Below, in pieces: positions 6,392 to 14,990 of a stretch of 37,598 nt of DNA. Each line of letters starts with the position of its first letter. The first letter of the stretch is position 1. This DNA comes from Acidimicrobiia bacterium (lineage in GTDB: Bacteria > Actinomycetota > Acidimicrobiia > IMCC26256 > JACDBD01): contig DATFPZ010000219.1 in the NCBI GenBank assembly GCA_035264545.1, positions 1 through 37,598 on the forward strand, in the 5' to 3' direction. A program made the position numbers and the translations under genes. Under the pieces are notes generated by a model, which was given only the letters and a program-made list of their open reading frames with translations, ran no database searches and was not told where the DNA came from.

Positions 6392-8584
6392 CTAGCGAGC
6401 CGCGTCCCGCAGCTGCTGGTCGCGCAGGAGCGGCGAGCCTTTCTTGACGAAGAGCGGCACGCGGCCGAGGGGGACGTCCTCGGTGAGCTCGACCGGGCCC
6501 TCCACCACTCGCGAGCGGTCCCAGAAGTCCACCCACTTGCCCTTCGGGAGGTACACGGCGCGGCTGCGCGCGCCCGACTGCCACACGGGCGCCACGAGGA
6601 GGTCGTCCCCGAGCAGCCACTGGTCCCACCGGTCGGCGACGTTCGGGTCCTTCGGGTAGTTGAAGACCAGCGGCCGGACGAGCGGCGCGCCCGTGCGGTG
6701 CGCGTCGCGGGCGAGACGCTGCTGGTAGTCGGCGAGCGCGTGGTGGAGCACGACGTAGCGCCGGTAGATGTCGATCATCTCCTCGTCGACCTTCGGCTCC
6801 GTCGGCATGTCCCAGGGAGCGTCGGTGCCCTTGCCATGGAACCGCATGAGCGGTGAGAGGGCACCAACCTCGATCCAACGGGCGAATACCTCGCGGTCGC
6901 CGAAGTCGCTGTACCCGCCGATGTCGGAGCCCCAGTACGGCAAGCCCATGAACGCGCAACGCTGCAGGCTGACGAGCACGCTGCGCAGGCCGAGGTCGGT
7001 CGATGGGCCGGTGTCGGGCCGCTCGGGAATGAGAACTCCTTCGCGGCTGTGCGTGTCGCCGCCCCACGTCATCGCGTACCGGGCCGTCCCCGTGTATGCG
7101 GCGCGCGCGATCGCCCACCCGTCACCGCCGCGGGCTTCGTCCAGGGCGCGTTGCACGGCGTGCTGGAGCATCACCGGATAGGCGTTGTGAATCTGCCGGC
7201 CGTTGCGGCCGTCGTGATACACGTCGTCGGGGTCACTCGGCACGATCTCCTCGCTCCGGTCGACGAAGAACCCGTCGACGAGCCGTCCGGAGCCTTTGAG
7301 GAAACCGCGCAGCTCGCGCTCGAGCCCGCGCACGGCGGCCGGGTTCGTCAGGTCGAGCTCGCGCTCGCTGCCGGGCGCGAGCCAGCCCTGCTCGCGCGCC
7401 CGAGCCGCGCGCTCGTCGAGCGCCCACTCCGATACCCACACCTGACTCGACCAGCCGCGCCGCTTCATGACCTCGAGCATCCCGTCGGCGTCCGGGAAGC
7501 GGGCCGGGTCGAAGCGGAGCGTCCCGTAGCCCTCGGTGCCCTCCGCCCACGGCCGGTCGAAGTGGTAGATGCCGACGGGAATGTCGTAGCGCTCGTAGTT
7601 CAGGAGGTCGTCGGCCACGGTCGGGTTCACGGGCACGCCGTCGACGTCGACCGGCTCACCGATCACGGCCTGGTCGCGACCGCGCCAGTGCAGGAACACC
7701 TGCTTGGGCGGCACGATCGGCCTGCCGGTGAGGCGCGAGTACGCCTCGTTCTGCTGGTAGTGGCCGCCGGTGAACACGAAGTAGCGGCCCGTGTGCGCCT
7801 GCGGGTCGATCTCGTACTCGAAGGAGAGGACGGCCGGATCGGTCGCGCCGAGGTCGTAGATGCCGGGCATCGAGCCGTCGACGAACAGCCCGTACCCGTT
7901 CGAGGACTGGTAGAAGGGCGCGTAGGCGGAGATCGTCGGGCGCACGTACATGGTGACGCGCTCGCCCTTGCGGTTCAGCGTGCCGACCGGTTGCGGCGTC
8001 AGCTCGGACGCGCCGATGTCGTCGACGATGCGCTCGGTGAGGCCGTAGACGCGCTCGTCGGGCGTCGTGCGCAGCTGCTCGCCCCAATGCGTGATCGTGG
8101 CATCCTCGAAGGCCAATGCCACCGACACCGTGTCGTCGGCGTGGGCCTGGAGCGTGACCGTGCCGGTGGTGCCGTCGCCGAAGGTTGCACGCAGACGGAG
8201 CGCGCAGCGCTGGAGGCTCGTGGGCTGGGCGGCGCTCACGGTTACGGGCGCGCTCGCGTCACCGCGCCGGAAATAGAGCCCACCGGCCGGGACTTCCCGC
8301 ACGATCGCGCCCTTCCGCGTGGACACCGTGATCGCGAGTGGCGCGAGCGTGACCTCCAGGCGCATCCGCCCGGAACGGGTGGTGAGGCGATCGCCGTCGC
8401 GGTTGACGTCGGAGAAATCACGTACGGGCGCCCGCACGGCCCCCGAGGCCTTCCCGACCGCCGGGTCGGCGCAGCGCGAGCCCGCCGACAGCGCCCGATC
8501 CGCCGCCGCCGGCGCCGCCAGCCCGCCGCACGCCACCCCGAGCGCGACTGCGACCGCAACCGACCGGGGCCTCGGGCGACGCAC
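6392..8584 (-). CDS. glycoside hydrolase family 31 (alpha-glucosidase/xylosidase-like), secreted
   Basis: 730-aa ORF with an N-terminal signal peptide (MRRPRPRSVAVAVALGVACGGLAAPAAA). GH31-like blocks are present: YGLFVDG, IPVGIYHFDRPWA, GFFVDRSEE (nucleophile region) and WGGDTHS. Confidence 0.85.
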   Translation of the reverse strand: MRRPRPRSVAVAVALGVACGGLAAPAAADRALSAGSRCADPAVGKASGAVRAPVRDFSDVNRDGDRLTTRSGRMRLEVTLAPLAITVSTRKGAIVREVPAGGLYFRRGDASAPVTVSAAQPTSLQRCALRLRATFGDGTTGTVTLQAHADDTVSVALAFEDATITHWGEQLRTTPDERVYGLTERIVDDIGASELTPQPVGTLNRKGERVTMYVRPTISAYAPFYQSSNGYGLFVDGSMPGIYDLGATDPAVLSFEYEIDPQAHTGRYFVFTGGHYQQNEAYSRLTGRPIVPPKQVFLHWRGRDQAVIGEPVDVDGVPVNPTVADDLLNYERYDIPVGIYHFDRPWAEGTEGYGTLRFDPARFPDADGMLEVMKRRGWSSQVWVSEWALDERAARAREQGWLAPGSERELDLTNPAAVRGLERELRGFLKGSGRLVDGFFVDRSEEIVPSDPDDVYHDGRNGRQIHNAYPVMLQHAVQRALDEARGGDGWAIARAAYTGTARYAMTWGGDTHSREGVLIPERPDTGPSTDLGLRSVLVSLQRCAFMGLPYWGSDIGGYSDFGDREVFARWIEVGALSPLMRFHGKGTDAPWDMPTEPKVDEEMIDIYRRYVVLHHALADYQQRLARDAHRTGAPLVRPLVFNYPKDPNVADRWDQWLLGDDLLVAPVWQSGARSRAVYLPKGKWVDFWDRSRVVEGPVELTEDVPLGRVPLFVKKGSPLLRDQQLRDAAR

Positions 8585-8589
8585 CCCGG

Positions 8590-9627
8590 TCAGCTGCCCT
8601 TCAGCTCGACGACGGTGGCGACGGGGGCGCGATCCGTGCCTTGTCCGCCGACGAAGTACGCGGTGTCGCCGATCGTGGTCACCGCGCCGTCGGTCACGGG
8701 CGCCGGCAGCGTCCCGGCCTCGGCGACGGTTGCGTTCTGCGGCGCGAACCGCAGCACCTGCCCGCTCACCTGATTGCCGACGAAGCCGCCGAGCACGTAG
8801 ATGCGGTCGCCGAGCTCGACGGCGCTGGCATGTGACAACGGCGCGGGCAGCTGGCCGACGACGCTGACCTTGCCGCTTCCTGGATCGATCTTCTGGATCG
8901 AGCGCGTATCGGCGCCGCTCGCGCTGGCCACGCCGCCGAACACGTAGATCGCTCCGCCGGTTGCCGCCACCGCCGGGTAGCGCACGGGCTCGGCGAGGGC
9001 ACCAAGGATCCGGTAATTCGTGCCGTCGTCGCTCACGAGCACGTTCGGCGAGATCAGGTGACCGTCGTACCCGCCGACCACGTACACCTTGCCGTCGATT
9101 GTCGCCGAGACGTGGTCCGACAACGGGCCGGGAACGCTCCCTACGACCTTGCCGGCGGAACCGGGCTGGAACGACTGAACGGATGCGCTTCCTTCCTCGC
9201 CCGTGCCTCCGGCGATCACGACGTACGCGCCATTGACGACCGCGCCGGCGGCGTCGTGCACCGGCTGCGCGAGGGAGCCAAGCGTCTGCGACGCGCCGTT
9301 CGACGGGTCGACGCTCACGACGCTGCCCGTCGTCAGCTTCGACGCGTCGAGCCCACCCAGCACGACCAGCTGCTTCCCGTCCGTCAGCACGACCTCACGG
9401 GACGACGGCGACGGCAGCTTCCACGGCGCCGCGGTGATGCGTACTCCACCGGCGGCGGTCGTCGTGGGTGTCGACGACAGCGTGCTCCCCGGCGCGGTTG
9501 TCGACGGCGCACGCTTCGACGTGGAGTCGTCTCCGCCGCCTCCACCGCACGCGGCGACGAGAATGGCGACCGCGCCGAGCGCGACGACGGGGCGGACGGC
9601 GCGCAGCACGGCGGCACCCTTGCACAC
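8590..9627 (-). CDS. Kelch-repeat lipoprotein
   Basis: 345-aa ORF with a GTG start. It has a signal peptide with lipobox LVAAC, a Ser/Thr/Pro linker and repeated Kelch-type blades (VVLGG, VIAGG, YVVGGYDG, YVFGG, YVLGG, YFVGG). Confidence 0.8.
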   Translation of the reverse strand: MCKGAAVLRAVRPVVALGAVAILVAACGGGGGDDSTSKRAPSTTAPGSTLSSTPTTTAAGGVRITAAPWKLPSPSSREVVLTDGKQLVVLGGLDASKLTTGSVVSVDPSNGASQTLGSLAQPVHDAAGAVVNGAYVVIAGGTGEEGSASVQSFQPGSAGKVVGSVPGPLSDHVSATIDGKVYVVGGYDGHLISPNVLVSDDGTNYRILGALAEPVRYPAVAATGGAIYVFGGVASASGADTRSIQKIDPGSGKVSVVGQLPAPLSHASAVELGDRIYVLGGFVGNQVSGQVLRFAPQNATVAEAGTLPAPVTDGAVTTIGDTAYFVGGQGTDRAPVATVVELKGS

Positions 9628-9671
9628 CGAATACGACGGGCCCCAGTCGGATCGTCACGATACGATCAGGC

Positions 9672-9786
9672 TCGACCCAGTGGGGAGCTCGGGACAGCCG
9701 GGCTGAGAGGGTGGCCACGCCGAGAGCGTGTGGCAGCGCCACCGACCCGTGGAACCTGCACCGGGTAATTCCGGCGAAGGGAGGGA
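9672..9786 (+). promoter_or_regulatory. TPP (THI-box) riboswitch
   Basis: All conserved aptamer blocks are visible: GGGGAGC...GCUGAGA (J3-2), a variable P3 GGGUGGCC...GGCAGCGCCACC, ACCC, and GAACCUGCACCGGGUAAUUCCGGCGAAGGGA. The 3' end AAGGGAGGG doubles as the SD of the ATG at 9786, which suggests translational control. Thiamine genes follow. Confidence 0.9.
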
Positions 9787-10448
9787 TGGTGGAGACGCCC
9801 GAAGCGAGCGTGGCGCTCGTCTTCGCGGGCGGTGATCCGGTCGACGCCGCAGTCGCGGCGCGCCTACCCGACGCCGCCTTCACCGTCGCCGCCGACTCGG
9901 GCGTCGAGCACGCGCTCGCACTGGGGCGCAACGTCGACCTCGTCGTCGGAGACTTCGACTCCGCCGATCCGGGCGTGGTCGACGCAGCCGTCGCGGGTGG
10001 CGCCGAGGTGCGCCGGTACCCCGCCGAGAAGGCCCAGAGCGATCTCGAGCTCGCCGTGCGCGCGGCGCGTGACAGCGGCGCGACCTACGTGATCGTCGTC
10101 GGCGGCTCCGGCGGGCGGCTCGACCATCTCCTCGCGAACGCGTTGCTGCTCGCGTCCCCGTCGTTCGATGACATCGATATCGAGGCATTGCTGAATAGCA
10201 CCCGCATCACGGTCATCCGCCGCGACGCGAGTCTCTCGGGCGCGCCGGGCGACGTGTGCTCGCTGCTCGCGGCCGGTGGTCCAGCCCGCGGCGTGCGAAC
10301 GACGGGCTTGCGGTATCCGCTCGACCACGAAGATCTCCTGCCCGGATCCACCCGGGGGCTGAGCAACGAGCTCGCCGAACCAGTCGCGACCGTCTCACTC
10401 GAGCAAGGCACCCTGCTGGCCGTACAACCCGACCTCGGAGGAACCTGA
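9786..10448 (+). CDS. thiN: thiamine pyrophosphokinase
   Basis: Internal ATG of ORF 9468..10448 (MVETPEASVALVFAGGDP...). TPK hallmarks are present: VVGDFDS, EKAQSDLELAV, VVGGSGGRLDH and a C-terminal thiamine-binding beta domain. It lies directly behind the TPP riboswitch. Confidence 0.85.
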   Translation: MVETPEASVALVFAGGDPVDAAVAARLPDAAFTVAADSGVEHALALGRNVDLVVGDFDSADPGVVDAAVAGGAEVRRYPAEKAQSDLELAVRAARDSGATYVIVVGGSGGRLDHLLANALLLASPSFDDIDIEALLNSTRITVIRRDASLSGAPGDVCSLLAAGGPARGVRTTGLRYPLDHEDLLPGSTRGLSNELAEPVATVSLEQGTLLAVQPDLGGT

Positions 10449-10449
10449 C

Positions 10450-11520
10450 ATGCGCCGACTGCCCCTGTTCACGCTCGCCGTCTCGCTCCTCGCGGCGGCG
10501 TTGGCCACCGGTGGTCCGGTAGCGGCGACGGCATCGGCGCCGGCCGGCTCCGACGGCACGACGATCACGCTCATGACCCACGACTCGTTCAACGCGTCGA
10601 AGCGAGTCATTCGCCAGTTCACGAAGCGGACCGGCGTGAGCGTGGACGTGCTGCCGTCGGGCGACGCGGGAGCAGCCGTCAATCAGGCGATCCTCACCAA
10701 GAACAATCCGCTCGGCGACGTGTTCTTCGGCGTCGACAACACGCTGCTCAGCCGGGCACTCGACGAGGGCATCTTCGTCCCGTACAAGTCACCCGAGCTC
10801 GCGCACGTCCCGGAGTCGCTCCAGCTCGATCCGCGGAACCGCGTCAGCCCGGTCGACACCGGGGACGTGTGCCTCAACTTCGACCGGAAGTATTTCACCG
10901 ACAAGAAGCTCACCGTCCCGAAGACGCTCGACGACCTGACGAAGCCGGAGTACAAGGGCTTGCTCGTCGTCGAGAACCCGGCGACGTCGTCGCCCGGATT
11001 GGCGTTCCTGCTCGCCACGGTGGCCAAGTTCGGACCGGACGGCTGGCGCGCCTACTGGGACAAGCTGCAGGCCAACGACGTCAAGGTCGTCGACGGCTGG
11101 GAGCAGGCGTACAACACCGAGTTCTCGGGGAGCGCCGGCAAAGGGGACTACCCGCTGGTGGTGTCATACGCGACCAGCCCTCCGGCGGAGGTGGTGAACG
11201 CCGACTCCCGGCCGGAGGAGCCGCCGACCGGCGCGTTGCTCGACACGTGCTTCCGGCAGATCGAGTTCGTCGGCATCCTCAAGGGCACCACGCACGAGAA
11301 GGCCGCAAAGCAGTTCGTCGACTTCATGCTGTCGGACCGATTCCAGCGCGACATGCCTCTCCAGATGTACGTGTTCCCCGCCCGCGACGGCACGAAGCTC
11401 CCGCCGGCGTTCGTGAAATACGCCAAGGTCGCCCCGAGGCCGCTGTCGCTCCCGCCCGAGGACATCGCCCGAAACCGAGACCAATGGATCGACGAGTGGA
11501 CCAACACCGTCCTCCGGTGA
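10450..11520 (+). CDS. thiB: thiamine ABC transporter substrate-binding protein
   Basis: 356-aa ORF with a signal peptide and the TbpA/ThiB-like periplasmic-binding fold (LMTHDSFN..., GDVFFGVDN, SSPGLAFL). It starts 1 nt after the TPK stop. Confidence 0.85.
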   Translation: MRRLPLFTLAVSLLAAALATGGPVAATASAPAGSDGTTITLMTHDSFNASKRVIRQFTKRTGVSVDVLPSGDAGAAVNQAILTKNNPLGDVFFGVDNTLLSRALDEGIFVPYKSPELAHVPESLQLDPRNRVSPVDTGDVCLNFDRKYFTDKKLTVPKTLDDLTKPEYKGLLVVENPATSSPGLAFLLATVAKFGPDGWRAYWDKLQANDVKVVDGWEQAYNTEFSGSAGKGDYPLVVSYATSPPAEVVNADSRPEEPPTGALLDTCFRQIEFVGILKGTTHEKAAKQFVDFMLSDRFQRDMPLQMYVFPARDGTKLPPAFVKYAKVAPRPLSLPPEDIARNRDQWIDEWTNTVLR

Positions 11521-11530
11521 GCGTCGCGCC

Positions 11531-13198
11531 ATGATGCGTACCTCAACTGCGCAGAGCGCACCTCGGATACGCATCGGGCACGTGCTCCTGCTTTCGGTGC
11601 CGCTGGCGTTCCTGGGCGTGTTCTTCGTGTATCCGGTGGCGTCGATCATCGGTCGCGGGCTCACGCCGGGCGGGACGCTGGACCTCAGCCCGATCGGTGC
11701 AGTCGTGACCGACTCGCAGCTGCGGGACGTGGCGTGGTTCACGATCTGGCAGGCGACGGTATCGACCGCGCTCACGGTGCTCGTCGCGATCCCGGGCGCA
11801 TACGTGTTCGCGCGGTACGAGTTCCGTGGAAAGCGACTCGTGCGGGCGGCGGTGCTCGTCCCGTTCGTGCTGCCGACGGTCGTGGTCGGCTCCGCGTTCC
11901 TCGCCCTGCTCGGCGAAGGCGGCCCTCTCGGGTTCCTCGGTCTCGACCAGTCGCTCGCCGCCATCCTCGTCGCCCACGTGTTCTTCAACTACGCGGTCGT
12001 GGTGCTGATCGTCGGTGGTCTGTGGGCGCACCTCGATCCGCGCCAGGAGGACGCGGCCCGCGTCCTCGGCGCCGGTCGGTGGCAGACGTTTCGCGCGGTC
12101 ACACTGCCGGCACTCCGGCCCGCGATCGCGGCCGCAGCGGCGATCGTGTTCCTGTTCACATTCACGTCCTTCGGGGTGATCTTGATCCTCGGCGGGCCGG
12201 GCTACTCGACCCTCGAGACAGAGATCTACCGGCAGACCGTGCAGTTCCTCGACCTACCGCAGGCAGCTGCGCTGTCGATCGTGCAGCTGGCGGCGGTCGT
12301 CGCCGTGCTGCTGGTCGCGGGCCGCGCGCAAGGCCGGCGGGCGCTGGCGCTGCGGTTGCGCGCCAGCGCCGAGACGTCCCGCCTGGCTCGCACTCCCGGC
12401 GAGCGCGCCGTCGTGAGCTTCAACCTGGTGGTGATGGCCCTCCTGCTCGGCGGGCCGATCCTCGTGCTCGTCGAGCGGTCGTTCGACACGGCCGGCGGGT
12501 ACAGCTTGGGCTTCTACCGCGCGTTGTCGGAGCTGCGCCGCACGAGCACCGTCTTCGTGCCTCCGATCGAAGCTGTGCGCAACTCGGTCGTGTTCGCGTC
12601 GATCGCGACCGTCATCGCCCTCGTGATCGGTGGATTGGCGGCGTTCGCGGTCGCCGGCCCCCGCCGCGGCGCGCAGCCGGCACGCGGACTCGACACCCTG
12701 CTGCTCCTGCCGCTCGGGGTTTCGGCGGTGACGATCGGTTTCGGCTTTCTGATCGCGCTCGACCGGCCGCCGTTCGACCTGCGCGCGTCCCCCGCGCTGA
12801 TCCCGATCGCGCACGCCCTCGTGGCGGCGCCGTTCGTCGCCCGAGTCATGATCCCGGTGCTGCGGTCCATCGACCAGCGCCTGCGCGAGACCGCCGCGGT
12901 CCTCGGCGCCTCGCCGGGACGCGTCTGGCGGGAGATCGACCTGCCGATCGTCACTCGGGCCGTGCTCGTGGCGGCCGGGTTCGCGTTCGCCATCTCGCTC
13001 GGCGAGTTCGGGGCGACGATCTTCATCGCCCGTCCCGACTACCCCACCCTGCCCGTTGTCATCTTCCGCCTCCTCGGTCAGCCCGGCGCGTTGAACTTCG
13101 GCGCCGCGATGGCGGCGAGCGTCATCCTGATGGCCGTGACCGCACTGGCGATCTTCGCCATCGAGCGCTTCCGCTTCGCCAACATCGGGGAGTTCTGA
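11531..13198 (+). CDS. thiP: thiamine ABC transporter permease (two fused permease domains)
   Basis: 555-aa ORF with about 12 TM segments and two EAA-type loops (EDAARVLGAGRWQTFRAVTLP and ETAAVLGASPGRVWREIDLP). The ATG at 11531 gives a basic N-tail, but those codons are the repeat and have low GC3. Alternative start GTG 11582. Confidence 0.85.
   Translation: MMRTSTAQSAPRIRIGHVLLLSVPLAFLGVFFVYPVASIIGRGLTPGGTLDLSPIGAVVTDSQLRDVAWFTIWQATVSTALTVLVAIPGAYVFARYEFRGKRLVRAAVLVPFVLPTVVVGSAFLALLGEGGPLGFLGLDQSLAAILVAHVFFNYAVVVLIVGGLWAHLDPRQEDAARVLGAGRWQTFRAVTLPALRPAIAAAAAIVFLFTFTSFGVILILGGPGYSTLETEIYRQTVQFLDLPQAAALSIVQLAAVVAVLLVAGRAQGRRALALRLRASAETSRLARTPGERAVVSFNLVVMALLLGGPILVLVERSFDTAGGYSLGFYRALSELRRTSTVFVPPIEAVRNSVVFASIATVIALVIGGLAAFAVAGPRRGAQPARGLDTLLLLPLGVSAVTIGFGFLIALDRPPFDLRASPALIPIAHALVAAPFVARVMIPVLRSIDQRLRETAAVLGASPGRVWREIDLPIVTRAVLVAAGFAFAISLGEFGATIFIARPDYPTLPVVIFRLLGQPGALNFGAAMAASVILMAVTALAIFAIERFRFANIGEF
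11533..11575. repeat. 43-nt nested-palindrome repeat, copy B
   Basis: GATGCGTACCTCAACTGCGCAGAGCGCACCTCGGATACGCATC. It has an 8-bp outer stem and an inner hairpin TGCGC-AGA-GCGCA. It lies 12 nt after the thiB stop and covers codons 1-15 of the longest thiP ORF. Confidence 0.75.
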
Positions 13199-14154
13199 TG
13201 TTGCGGGTTGCGTCGCTCGAAGTCCGCTACGGCGACACCGTCGCGCTCGACGGCGTCGAGCTCGTCGTCGGCGACGGCGAGGTCGTGTCGGTCCTCGGAC
13301 CGAGCGGCAGCGGCAAGAGCACGCTGCTCCGCGCCGTCGCCGGCCTCGAGCCGCCGGTGCACGGCCGGGTCGAGTGGGACGGCGACGACCTCACGCGCGT
13401 GCCTCCCCACCGCCGGCAGCTGGGCTTGATGTTCCAGGACCACACCCTGTTCCCGCACCGTGATGTGCTCGGCAACGTCGTGTTCGGGCTGCGCATGCGC
13501 AACGTGCCGGCGACGCAGGCGGCCTCCCGCGCGAGCGAGCTGCTCACGCTGGTCGGGTTGGCCGGTTACGAGCACCGGCGCGTCACCGAGCTGTCGGGCG
13601 GCGAGCAGCAGCGGGTCGCGCTGGCCCGGGCGCTGGCACCAGCCCCGCGCCTGCTCATGCTCGACGAGCCACTGGGATCGCTCGACCGCGCTCTGCGGGA
13701 GCGGCTGATGGTCGAGCTGCGCGATTTGTTCACCCGCCTCGGGCTCACGTCCCTCTACGTCACCCACGACCACGACGAGGCCTTTGCGCTCGCAGACCGT
13801 GTCGCGGTCATGCACGATGGCCGCATCGAGCAACTCGGCTCGCCGGTCGACGTGTGGGAGCATCCGGCCAGCGAGTTCGTCGCGCGCTTCCTCGGATACA
13901 ACGTCACTGACGCGCTCGGCGGCGGCCGTGTCGCGGTGCGTCCCGATTCGCTGCGCGTCGACCCGGAAGGATCGATCGTGGGCGTCGTCACGGCCCGAAC
14001 GTTTCGCCGCGACCACTTCCTGCTCGAGGTGAAGGTCGCCGACGGACCGTCTTTGGAGGTGGCCGTGACCGGCGACCGCATTCCCGATGCCGGCGACCCG
14101 GTCCGCCTCACCGCCGACCCCGCCGCGATCGTGGCCCTGCCCTCTGATCGATGA
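13198..14154 (+). CDS. thiQ: thiamine ABC transporter ATP-binding protein
   Basis: Internal ATG of ORF 11734..14154, overlapping the thiP stop as TGATG. It has Walker A GPSGSGKST, signature LSGGEQQRV, Walker B LLMLDEP and a C-terminal TOBE-like domain. Confidence 0.85.
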   Translation: MLRVASLEVRYGDTVALDGVELVVGDGEVVSVLGPSGSGKSTLLRAVAGLEPPVHGRVEWDGDDLTRVPPHRRQLGLMFQDHTLFPHRDVLGNVVFGLRMRNVPATQAASRASELLTLVGLAGYEHRRVTELSGGEQQRVALARALAPAPRLLMLDEPLGSLDRALRERLMVELRDLFTRLGLTSLYVTHDHDEAFALADRVAVMHDGRIEQLGSPVDVWEHPASEFVARFLGYNVTDALGGGRVAVRPDSLRVDPEGSIVGVVTARTFRRDHFLLEVKVADGPSLEVAVTGDRIPDAGDPVRLTADPAAIVALPSDR

Positions 14155-14243
14155 CTCTCGCGACCGTCCCGTCGCGGCATCTGCACCGAATCTCCACACC
14201 CCTGGCAAGACTCCCCGAAACCGGTTCCTTATCCTGGCGTGCG

Positions 14244-14990
14244 ATGCCTCCGGCTCCCGCGGCTGCCGCCCCGGCCCGCACGATCGTCGTCGTCGAAGAC
14301 GAAGCCTCGATCGCGGCCGCGGTCGCGGCGCGGCTCCGCAGTGAGGGGTTCGTCGTCGAGATCGCGGCCGACGGACCCGGCGGGGTCGAGATGTGCGAGC
14401 GAGTTCATCCCGACCTCGTCGTGCTCGACCTGATGCTGCCGGGTCTCGACGGCCTCGAGGTATGCCGGCGCATCCAGCACGACCGACCGGTGCCGGTGCT
14501 GATGCTGACCGCCCGCGACTCGGAGACCGACATGGTCGTGGGGCTGGCCGTCGGCGCCGACGACTACCTGACGAAGCCCTTCAGCCCCCGCGAGCTCGTC
14601 GCGCGAGTGCACGCGCTCCTCCGCCGCGTCGAGCGCGCCGGCGCGGCGCCCGCCAACGCGGGCGGCATGCTGCACGTCGCCGGGGCCGACCTCGACCTCG
14701 CGACCCGCCGCGTCCGCCGGGGCGACGAGACCGTGCACCTCACCCCGACCGAGTTCGACTTGCTCGCGCATCTCGCTTCGCACCCGGGCCAGGTGTTCAC
14801 GCGCGGGCAACTGCTGCTGCAGGTATGGGGCTACCACGACGGCTCGGGTGCGCGCACCGTCGACTCGCACGTGCGGGCCGTTCGTCGCAAGTTGGGTCCC
14901 GACGTGATCCGCACGGTGCACGGTGTGGGCTACGCGGCCGACGATGCCGCCGTCACCGCCGCATCGGGCGGCACCCGGGATCGATCGTGA
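14244..14990 (+). CDS. OmpR/PhoB-family response regulator
   Basis: Internal ATG of ORF 14151..14990. The receiver domain has TIVVVEDE, DLVVLDLMLPGLDG and KPF; the winged-helix output has LTPTEFDLL and TVHGVGY. Confidence 0.9.
   Translation: MPPAPAAAAPARTIVVVEDEASIAAAVAARLRSEGFVVEIAADGPGGVEMCERVHPDLVVLDLMLPGLDGLEVCRRIQHDRPVPVLMLTARDSETDMVVGLAVGADDYLTKPFSPRELVARVHALLRRVERAGAAPANAGGMLHVAGADLDLATRRVRRGDETVHLTPTEFDLLAHLASHPGQVFTRGQLLLQVWGYHDGSGARTVDSHVRAVRRKLGPDVIRTVHGVGYAADDAAVTAASGGTRDRS

Noticed and set aside
7049-8773. 574-aa plus-strand ORF opposite the GH31 gene. Similar long ORFs occur at 18421..20424(-), 31730..33862(+), 33926..35818(+), 23053..25113(+), 14930..16066(-), 4403..5344(-) and 29394..30365(-).
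   Set aside because: They are Arg/Pro/Gly/Asp-rich low-complexity translations with no recognisable domains. Each lies antisense or out of frame to a gene with clear family motifs and NNS codon bias. Such shadow ORFs are typical of a ~70% GC genome.
9437-9446. TGATGCGTAC, a 10-nt match to the left terminus of repeat copy B, inside the Kelch gene.
   Set aside because: There is no matching right terminus (TACGCATC) downstream. It lies in frame in good coding sequence (GVRITAAPW on the minus strand). It is most likely a chance half-site.
14229-14246. TANNNT-like hexamers (TATCCT before the regulator ATG; TAGCGT at 28322 before the ACAD ATG) suggesting leaderless transcripts.
   Set aside because: The spacing to the ATG (8-9 nt) is slightly long, and single hexamers are not informative without TSS data.
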